Positions 57,462 to 64,000 of a stretch of 64,000 nt of DNA are shown here, in pieces. The notes under the pieces were generated by a model. The model ran no database searches. It worked only from the letters and a program-made list of their open reading frames with translations, and was not told the origin of the DNA. The stretch is from an uncultured Desulfatibacillum sp. (GTDB taxonomy: Bacteria; Desulfobacterota; Desulfobacteria; Desulfobacterales; SpSt-501), in contig CAZNKG010000007.1 in assembly GCA_964573635.1 (NCBI GenBank), positions 15,993-79,992 on the forward strand, read 5' to 3'. The stretch's first letter is position 1. Every line of letters starts with the position of its first letter. The position numbers and the translations under genes are program-made.

Positions 57462-58595
57462 ATGGCCGATCTGAGTTGGCTGCCGCGCGAGTCCGGCATC
57501 AAGGACCATTTCCTGTGGGGCGAGGAACACTTCTCCGACAAGGCCCCGGGGGTGATCTTCGAAAAGCGGCCCATCCTGGACCCCCAGGGCAACCCGATCA
57601 AGGACCTCTTCTCCGCCTGGATCACGCTCAACAACCCGGCGCAGTACAACTCCTACACCACGGAGATGGTCAAGGGGGTCATCGCCGGCTTCCAGCGCGC
57701 CTCGGCCGACCCGAACGTCGTCGCGGCCATTTTCACCGCCGCCGGCGACAAGGCCTTCTGCACCGGCGGCAACACGAAGGAATACGCCGAATACTACTCC
57801 GGCCGGCCGAGCGAGTACGGCCAGTACATGGACCTTTTCAACGCCATGGTCGACGCCATCCTCGCCTGCAAGAAGCCGACCATCTGCCGGGTGAACGGCA
57901 TGCGCGTCGCCGGCGGCCAGGAGATCGGCATGGCCTGCGACACGACGCTGGCGAGCGATCTCGCCATCTTCGGCCAAGCCGGCCCGCGGCACGGCTCCGC
58001 CCCGGACGGCGGCAGCACCGATTTCCTGCCCTGGATGGTGCCGATGGAGCTCGCCATGTGGAACTGCGTCTCCTGCGAGCTCTGGAGCGCCTACAAGATG
58101 CAGCGTTTGGGGCTGATCTCCAAGAGCATCCCGGTGATCTCCGAAAACGGGAAATGGGTCCGCAACCCGGCGGTGATCACGGACACCTACGTGCGCGACG
58201 GCGAAATCGTCTACGGGGAGTTCAAGGGCGGCGAGGAGGCCAAGAAGGCGCGCGAGTTCGTCCAGAAGGCCAAGACCGATTTCACCCTGCTCGACGCCGA
58301 GATCAACCGGATCCTGTGGACCTACACCAACCTCTTCCCGGGGTGCCTGATCAAGAGCGTCGAGGGGATCCGCCTCAAGAAGAAGTTCTTCTGGGACCAG
58401 GCCAAGGTGATCAACCGCCACTGGCTCGCCGCCAACATGAACTGCGAGGCCTATCTCGGCTTCAACGCCTTCAACACGAAGAAGCTCACCGGCAAGGATG
58501 TCATTGATTTCATCGAGTTCCGGCGGCTGCAGGCCCAGGGAGCCGCCTTCGACGCCGAGTTCATGGCCGCGGTGCTGGCCAAGCCGCAGAAATAG
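57462..58595 (+). CDS. bamA: 6-oxocyclohex-1-ene-1-carbonyl-CoA hydrolase (ring-cleaving BamA/Oah, crotonase superfamily)
   Basis: A 377-aa extended crotonase. It contains exact matches to the degenerate bamA marker primers as I recall them: SP9 CAGTACAAYTCCTACACVACBG at 57642-57663, and the reverse complement of ASP1 CMATGCCGATYTCCTGRC at 57916-57933, spaced about 290 bp apart. Protein segments NPAQYNSYTTEM and RVAGGQEIGMACD. Confidence 0.85.
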   Translation: MADLSWLPRESGIKDHFLWGEEHFSDKAPGVIFEKRPILDPQGNPIKDLFSAWITLNNPAQYNSYTTEMVKGVIAGFQRASADPNVVAAIFTAAGDKAFCTGGNTKEYAEYYSGRPSEYGQYMDLFNAMVDAILACKKPTICRVNGMRVAGGQEIGMACDTTLASDLAIFGQAGPRHGSAPDGGSTDFLPWMVPMELAMWNCVSCELWSAYKMQRLGLISKSIPVISENGKWVRNPAVITDTYVRDGEIVYGEFKGGEEAKKAREFVQKAKTDFTLLDAEINRILWTYTNLFPGCLIKSVEGIRLKKKFFWDQAKVINRHWLAANMNCEAYLGFNAFNTKKLTGKDVIDFIEFRRLQAQGAAFDAEFMAAVLAKPQK

Positions 58596-58628
58596 CCGCC
58601 GCCCGATTCCCATCGGCATGGAGGAGAG

Positions 58629-59378
58629 ATGCTCTTAGAAGGAAAAAACGCATTGGTCACCGGCGGGTCCCAGGGGATCGGCGCGGCGATCTCCATCGAG
58701 CTCGCCCGCGAGGGCGCCAACATCTGCTTCACCTACCGCAAGCACGAAGCCGAGGCCCGGGAATATGAGCGCGAGATCCGCGCCATGGGGCGCAAGGCGC
58801 TCGCCGTGAAGTGCGACATCGCCGTCTTCGCCGAGGCCGAGCAGGTGGTCCAGGCCGCCGTCCGGGAGCTCGGCGGCCTGCACATCCTCGTCAACAACGC
58901 CGGCATGAACTGGGACGGGGTGAGCTGGAAGATGAGCGAGGAGCAGTGGGACCGGGTGCTCGAGGTGAACCTCAAGGGCTACTTCAACTTCACCCGCCAC
59001 GCGGCGCCGCTGCTCAAGGACCAGAAGTACGGCCGGATCATCAACATCACCTCCATCAACGGCCTGCGCGGCAAGTTCGGGCAGACCAATTACTCGGCCT
59101 CCAAGGCCGGCATCATCGGCTACACGAAGGCGCTCGCCAAGGAGCTCGGCGCCTTCAACGTGACGGTGAACGCCGTCGCCCCGGGGCTGATCGAAACCGC
59201 GATGCTCAAGGAATCCGAGGCCCGCGACAAGATCGTGGACCTCGCCCTGGGCGAAAGCGCATTGAAGCGCGTCGGGCAGCCGGAGGACCTGGCCTACCTC
59301 GTGGCGTTCCTCGCCTCCGACAAGGCCCGGCACATCACCGGCGAAGTGATCAAGGTGGACGGGGGGCAGTACATTTAG
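58629..59378 (+). CDS. short-chain dehydrogenase/reductase (FabG-like 3-oxoacyl / 3-hydroxyacyl-thioester oxidoreductase)
   Basis: TGGSQGIG cofactor motif, NNAG, and the catalytic S...YSASK triad. 249 aa. GGAGGAG SD. Confidence 0.85.
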   Translation: MLLEGKNALVTGGSQGIGAAISIELAREGANICFTYRKHEAEAREYEREIRAMGRKALAVKCDIAVFAEAEQVVQAAVRELGGLHILVNNAGMNWDGVSWKMSEEQWDRVLEVNLKGYFNFTRHAAPLLKDQKYGRIINITSINGLRGKFGQTNYSASKAGIIGYTKALAKELGAFNVTVNAVAPGLIETAMLKESEARDKIVDLALGESALKRVGQPEDLAYLVAFLASDKARHITGEVIKVDGGQYI

Positions 59379-59438
59379 AGCGCCGCCGGCCCCGGCACCG
59401 GACACCCGGCATCTAACACGCATTATTGGAGAGCCGTC

Positions 59439-60605
59439 ATGGGCAAAGTTGCGATCATCGGCGTCGGACAGAGCGCCTTCGTCCGCGCCTACCCCGGATC
59501 GATCCGGGAGCTCGCCTTCGAGGGGTTCCGCGAGGCGATGCAGGACGCGCAGATCGGCACGCGCGACATCCAGGCCTCCGTCGTCTGCTCGGCGCCGGAA
59601 TACGACAAGCAGCGCTCCCCGGCGGGGGTCTTCGCCGAATACCTGGGCCTGAACCCCCAGCCGACCTTCTATGTCGAGAGCCTGTGCTCGTCGAGCAGCA
59701 CGGGGCTGCGCCTCGCCTACTCGCTGGTCGCCTCGGGGCTGCACGAGGTTGTCGCGGTCATCGGCTTCCAGAAGATGTCCGAGATCAGCTCCGCCGAGTC
59801 CCAGGAGCGCATGGGGCGCGGGGCCGACATCCAGTGGGAGAGCCCCTTCGGCACGATGATGCCGGCCTACTACGCCATGTACGCCCGCGCGCACATGGCC
59901 GCCTACGGCACCACCCTCGAGGACCTCGCGGCGATCCGCGTCAAGGCCGCGACCTACGGACAGCTGAACGACAAGGCGGTCTACCGCAAGCCGGTCAGCC
60001 TGGAAAACCTCATGAACCCCGAGGACCGCATGGCCGCTCCCGTGGCGAGCCCGCTGCGCGTGGGCGACTGCTGCGCGAACGCCGACGGCAGCTCCTGCCT
60101 CATCGTGGCGAACGAGGAGAAGGCCCGGGCCTTCTGCCAGAAGCCGGTGTGGATCCGCGGCCTGGGGGCGGCGACCACCCCCGTGAACCTCGCGGGCCGC
60201 GACCTGTTCACCGGGCTTTCCGTCGCCCGCGAAGCCGCGCGCCAGGCCTACCGCATGGCCGGGATCGGCCCCGGGGACGTCGACGTCGCCGAGGTGCACG
60301 ACTGCTTCACCATCGCCGAGATGATGGCCTACGAGGACCTGGGCTTCGCCAAGCCCGGCGAAGGCAGGGCGCTCATCGGGGCCCGCGAAACCTACAAGGA
60401 GGGCCGCATCCCGGTCAACGTCGACGGCGGCCTGCTCTCGAAGGGCCACCCGATCGGCGCGACCGGGGGCAGCCAGATCCGCACCATCGTGCTGCAGCTT
60501 CGCGGGGAAGCCGGCCCCATCCAGGTCGACAACCCGGAAATCGGCCTGGTCCACAACATCGGCGGGGTCGGGCTCTACGGCAACGTGACGATCCTCGGGC
60601 GCTGA
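59439..60605 (+). CDS. thiolase-family protein (SCP-x / BbsB-like, non-acetoacetyl type)
   Basis: Starts KVAIIGVGQSAF. Nucleophile Cys in VESLCSSSSTGL. C-terminal VHDCFT and GHPIGATGG motifs. Followed immediately by a DUF35 OB-fold partner. Confidence 0.85.
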   Translation: MGKVAIIGVGQSAFVRAYPGSIRELAFEGFREAMQDAQIGTRDIQASVVCSAPEYDKQRSPAGVFAEYLGLNPQPTFYVESLCSSSSTGLRLAYSLVASGLHEVVAVIGFQKMSEISSAESQERMGRGADIQWESPFGTMMPAYYAMYARAHMAAYGTTLEDLAAIRVKAATYGQLNDKAVYRKPVSLENLMNPEDRMAAPVASPLRVGDCCANADGSSCLIVANEEKARAFCQKPVWIRGLGAATTPVNLAGRDLFTGLSVAREAARQAYRMAGIGPGDVDVAEVHDCFTIAEMMAYEDLGFAKPGEGRALIGARETYKEGRIPVNVDGGLLSKGHPIGATGGSQIRTIVLQLRGEAGPIQVDNPEIGLVHNIGGVGLYGNVTILGR

Positions 60606-60651
60606 AACAGCCCCGCGCCGCGCGGATGGGGTTCTTCAAGGAGACCGCAAC

Positions 60652-61083
60652 ATGCCAGACAAAAAGGAAGACGACCGCTTCAAGAAGTTCGGGACCGTGA
60701 GCTTCACGTCCCTCACCCGGACGAACGACTTCATCGACCATCTCGAACAGGGGAAAGTCGCCGGGACCCGCTGCCTGGACTGCGGCCAGCACTTCTTCCC
60801 GCCCCGGGCCGACTGCCACAAGTGCCTGACGAGCCGCATGGAGTGGTTCGAGGTCGCGGGGGCCGGAAAGCTCGTGAGCTACAGCAAGCTCGAGTACGGC
60901 CCCATGGGCTTCCAGGACGACGTCCCCTACGCGATCGCCCTCCTGGACTACGGCCCTTACAAGGTCTTCGGCCGGATCGCCCGCGAGGTTCCGGAGGCGG
61001 AGATCGCCGTCGGCATGGCGATGAAGACGGTCGCGAACCGGCTGCCGAACGGCCAACTGAACTACGTGTTCGTGAAAGCCTAA
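60652..61083 (+). CDS. Zn-ribbon / OB-fold protein (DUF35 family, thiolase partner subunit)
   Basis: Rubredoxin-like CLDCGQHFFPPRADCHKC followed by an OB-fold segment (GKLVSYSKLEYGP...YAIALLDYGP...VFGRI). AAGGAGA SD. Confidence 0.8.
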   Translation: MPDKKEDDRFKKFGTVSFTSLTRTNDFIDHLEQGKVAGTRCLDCGQHFFPPRADCHKCLTSRMEWFEVAGAGKLVSYSKLEYGPMGFQDDVPYAIALLDYGPYKVFGRIAREVPEAEIAVGMAMKTVANRLPNGQLNYVFVKA

Positions 61084-61100
61084 AGGGGAGGACATTCGCC

Positions 61101-61871
61101 ATGGCCGATTTGAAATTCCTCAAGCTCGCGAAGGCCGACGGGGTGGCGCGCCTCACGCTCGCCCGCCCCAAGCACAACGTGCTCAACATCGAGATGATGC
61201 GGGAGCTGAACGCCGAGCTCGAAGCGCTTAAGGCCGACGCCGGCCTCAAGTGCGTGGTCATCGCCGGGGAGGGCCCGAGCTGGTGCGCGGGGGTCGAGGT
61301 CGCCGACCACAAGCCCGAACAGGTCGACGCCATGATCGCCACCTTCAACCGCATGCTCGAGCTGATCGAGGGCCAGGAGGTCCCGACCCTCGCCATGGTT
61401 CACGGCGCCTGCCTCGGCGGCGGCATGGAGGCCGCGATCGCCTGCGACATCGTCCTGGCCGGGAAGTCGGCCGCCTTCGGCCAGCCGGAGATCAAGCTGG
61501 GGTTCTTTCCCCCTTACGCCGCCATCCGGCTTCCCCGGCTGGTGGGCCCGGCCAAGGCGATCGAGATCTGCACCACGGGACGCCGCTACAGCGCCGAAGA
61601 GGCGCGGGCCATGGGGTTCGTGAGCGTCTGCGTCGAGGATGCGGCGCTCGCGGAGGCGACCGACAAGATGGTCCGGGAGATCCAGGCCGCCAGCCCGCTC
61701 ATCCTGCGGCTGAACAAGCGCGCCGTCAAGCAGCACCTCGGGCTCGGCTTCGAGGCGGCGATGAAGGGGGTGAGCGACCTCTTTCTGAACACGCTGATGA
61801 AGACCGCGGACACGCTGGAGGGGATCGCCAGCTTCGAGGAGAAGCGCAAACCCGTCTGGAAAAACAGCTGA
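61101..61871 (+). CDS. enoyl-CoA hydratase (crotonase), cyclohexa-1,5-diene-1-carbonyl-CoA hydratase (Dch)-like candidate
   Basis: 256 aa with AAGGGGAGG SD. Crotonase core with the pattern GPSWCAGVEVADHKPEQV...HGACLGGGMEAA...FGQPEIKLGFFPP...EGIASFEEKRKPVWKN. By memory this resembles Dch more than generic crotonases, so the substrate assignment is tentative. Confidence 0.6.
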   Translation: MADLKFLKLAKADGVARLTLARPKHNVLNIEMMRELNAELEALKADAGLKCVVIAGEGPSWCAGVEVADHKPEQVDAMIATFNRMLELIEGQEVPTLAMVHGACLGGGMEAAIACDIVLAGKSAAFGQPEIKLGFFPPYAAIRLPRLVGPAKAIEICTTGRRYSAEEARAMGFVSVCVEDAALAEATDKMVREIQAASPLILRLNKRAVKQHLGLGFEAAMKGVSDLFLNTLMKTADTLEGIASFEEKRKPVWKNS

Positions 61872-61882
61872 AGGGAGGCCGG

Positions 61883-63922
61883 ATGTCCCAGATCAGCAAA
61901 GTCGGCGTCATCGGCGCCGGCAACATGGGCAGCGGGATCGTGCAGAAGCTCGCGCAGGAAGGGCTGCCGGTGGTGATGGTCGATCTGAAGCAGGAGTTCG
62001 TCCAACGCGGGATGGAGACGATCCGCCGGCTGCTCGAGGAGGGGGTCGCGCGCCGGCTCTTCACCCCGGAGCAGGTCGCGGCGACTCTCGCCCGGATCCA
62101 GGGCACGACGGACTTCCAGGCCGTGGCCGACGCCGATCTCGTGATCGAGGCGGTCTTCGAGGACCAGAAAGTCAAGCGCGACCTCTTCGCCGAGCTTGAC
62201 CGGATCTGCGCGCCCAAGACCATCCTCGCCACCAACACCTCGAGCTTTTATGTGCGGGAGTTCGCCGAGAAGACCGGCCGCCCCGACCGCTTCATCGGCC
62301 TGCACTACTTCTATCACCCGGCCAAGAACCGGCTGCTCGAGGTGATCCCCCACGCCGGCACGAGCCCCGCGACGCTCGCCAAGGCGCTCGCCGCCGCCAA
62401 GCTCCACGGCAAGACCGCCATCGTGGTTAAGGACGCCCCGGGCTTCGCGGTGAACCGCTTCTTCGTCCCCTTCCTGAACGAGGCCGCGCGCATGCTGGCC
62501 GAGGGGATGGCGGACATCCCGACGATCGAGGAGGCGGCCAAGCGCGCCTTCAAGATCGGGATGGGGCCCTTCGAGCTGATGAACGTCACCGGGATTCCCA
62601 TCGCCGTGCACTCCTCGGCGACCCTCGGCCGGGAGCTCGGCCCCTTCTACGCGACCGCCCCGGCCATGAAGGCCCAGATGGAGAAAAAGGCGAACTGGGA
62701 CCTCTCCGGCCGCCCCGACGAGGCCAAGATCCCCCCGGTCGTCGAGCGCTTCTACGGCGTCTGCCTGGGGGTGGCCGCGGCCCTCGTGGACGAGGGGGTG
62801 GCCACCATCGAGGACACCGACCGCGGGGCGAAGATCGGCCTGCGCTGGGCGATGGGGCCCTTCGAGATCATGAACGCGATCGGCATCGAGCGCACCTACC
62901 GCGCGGTGGAGGCCCTCGGCCGCCGCCACCCCGATTTCAAGATGCCCGCCATTCTCGAAAAGCAGTTCCGCCTGGGGACGCCCTTCGCGTTCAATTTCGT
63001 CGACCTCGCGGTCGGCGACGGCATCGCCACCATCACGTTGAACCGGCCCGAGGCGATGAACGCGCTGAACGAAACCGTCGTCGACCAGCTCGCGGAGCGC
63101 TTCGCCCGCGCCGAGGCGGACCCGGCGGTCAAGGCGATCGTCTTCCAGGGGGCGGGCAAGGCGTTCGTCGCCGGCGCCGACATCCGCTACTTCGTCGAGA
63201 AGATCAAGGCCGGCCGCATCGCCGACATCGTCGCCTTCACCCGCCGCGGCCACGAGCTTTTCCTGCGGATCGAGGAATCGCCCAAGGTCACCATCGCGCT
63301 GCTCGACGGCCTGTCGATGGGCGGCGGCAGCGAGCTCGCCCTCGCCTGCCAGGCCATCGTGGCCACCCCGGCCGGCTCGATGGCCTTTCCCGAGACGGGG
63401 ATCGGCATCTTCCCCGGGCTGGGCGGGATGCTGCGCCTGGCGCGCCACGTCGGCCCGGCGCTCGCCAAATACTTCGTCTTCACCGGGGCGACGCTGCGCG
63501 CCGCCGACGCCCAGGCGCTCGGGATCGTGAGCCGCCTGGTCGAGCCGGCGGGGGTCGATGCCGCCGTGGCCGAACTCGCCGCCGCGGGCCGGCCCGACAA
63601 ATACCGGCCGCGGGAGCTCCCGCCCGCCTTCCAGGCCTTGGCCGCGCGCTTCGGCCCGGAGGAGGTCGCGGCCTGGCTCGCCGGCAAGGTGCCGGGGGGC
63701 CCGTCGGACGAGCAGACCGAGCGGATCGCCAAGGCGCTGCGCGCCAAGGCGCCGATCGCCCTCCGGATCGCCAACGCCATCATCGACCGCCAGGCCGGGG
63801 AGACGATGCTCGCGGCGGTCGAGACCGAGCTCGGCCGGCTGACGGAGATTTTCAGCACGCAGGACGCCCTCGAGGGGCTCGCATCGGTCGGCCGGAAGCG
63901 GCCGGAGTTCCGCGGGGCGTGA
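61883..63922 (+). CDS. bifunctional 3-hydroxyacyl-CoA dehydrogenase (N-terminal) / enoyl-CoA hydratase (C-terminal) fusion protein
   Basis: AAGGGAGG SD. N-terminus KVGVIGAGNMGSGI with EAVFEDQKVKR and NTSS. The C-terminal half is a crotonase fold (ITLNRPEAMNAL, GAGKAFVAGADI, GLSMGGGSELALAC, PETGIGIFPGLGG). The domain order is reversed relative to classic FadB. Confidence 0.85.
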   Translation: MSQISKVGVIGAGNMGSGIVQKLAQEGLPVVMVDLKQEFVQRGMETIRRLLEEGVARRLFTPEQVAATLARIQGTTDFQAVADADLVIEAVFEDQKVKRDLFAELDRICAPKTILATNTSSFYVREFAEKTGRPDRFIGLHYFYHPAKNRLLEVIPHAGTSPATLAKALAAAKLHGKTAIVVKDAPGFAVNRFFVPFLNEAARMLAEGMADIPTIEEAAKRAFKIGMGPFELMNVTGIPIAVHSSATLGRELGPFYATAPAMKAQMEKKANWDLSGRPDEAKIPPVVERFYGVCLGVAAALVDEGVATIEDTDRGAKIGLRWAMGPFEIMNAIGIERTYRAVEALGRRHPDFKMPAILEKQFRLGTPFAFNFVDLAVGDGIATITLNRPEAMNALNETVVDQLAERFARAEADPAVKAIVFQGAGKAFVAGADIRYFVEKIKAGRIADIVAFTRRGHELFLRIEESPKVTIALLDGLSMGGGSELALACQAIVATPAGSMAFPETGIGIFPGLGGMLRLARHVGPALAKYFVFTGATLRAADAQALGIVSRLVEPAGVDAAVAELAAAGRPDKYRPRELPPAFQALAARFGPEEVAAWLAGKVPGGPSDEQTERIAKALRAKAPIALRIANAIIDRQAGETMLAAVETELGRLTEIFSTQDALEGLASVGRKRPEFRGA

Positions 63923-64000
63923 TGACGGCCGACGCGGCGGCGGCAGAGCGGCTCGCCGGAGGTTGGGAAAAGCGCACGACCTGCGATGAGCCGCGCCTGA
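63922..64000 (+). CDS. start of an unidentified ORF running off the window
   Basis: The ATG shares one base with the preceding TGA (TGATG). It translates as MTADAAAAERLAGGWEKRTTCDEPRL. This is too short to classify. Confidence 0.25.
   Translation, partial: MTADAAAAERLAGGWEKRTTCDEPRL

Overview
This is a very GC-rich bacterial chromosomal window, densely coded on both strands. Third codon positions are almost all G/C, so the six-frame track is full of long Arg/Gly/Pro/Ala-rich antisense shadow ORFs, which I discard. I support about 50 protein genes and one tRNA (tRNA-Arg UCU). I saw no CRISPR array, rRNA or clear mobile element. Gene content points to an anaerobe of the deltaproteobacterial type (inference only).

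Main blocks:
- **1-9.2 kb:** housekeeping and envelope genes, including an RlmD fragment, an amidohydrolase, an HdrC/HdrB-like pair, CinA, a LolB-like lipoprotein, a TPR lipoprotein and an RpoH-like sigma factor.
- **10.3-13.7 kb:** a translationally coupled pair, a 730-aa HEAT-repeat protein and an HD-GYP phosphodiesterase, that share an N-terminal module.
- **14.7-17.7 kb:** gdhA plus a glutamate-synthase-like flavoprotein, followed by xerD.
- **18.9-29.3 kb:** a reduced pfa-like secondary-lipid synthase. It has a PfaD-type enoyl reductase and one 2084-aa KS-AT-ACP-ACP-KR-DH megasynthase, with no PfaB or PfaC equivalent in the window. It is flanked by a hotdog thioesterase, a Cys-rich YkgJ-like protein and a geranylgeranyl-reductase-family flavoprotein.
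- **29-40 kb:** mixed metabolism, including an EF-hand exoprotein, PepP, an MscS-family channel, YvcK, a tungsten-type aldehyde:ferredoxin oxidoreductase and Mrp/ApbC.
- **40.5-49.1 kb:** a bcsA-bcsB-bcsZ-bcsC cellulose synthase operon.
- **57.5-63.9 kb:** an anaerobic aromatic-ring (benzoyl-CoA pathway) module headed by bamA/oah, followed by an SDR, a thiolase with its DUF35 partner, a Dch-like hydratase and a fused dehydrogenase/hydratase. It sits behind an AT-rich promoter island with a palindrome and is divergent from two GNAT acetyltransferases.

The candidates most worth follow-up are the truncated pfa-like lipid cluster with its accessory trio, the non-canonical bamA neighbourhood, the HEAT/HD-GYP pair, and a T7 homopolymer that appears to shift the frame at the end of bcsA.
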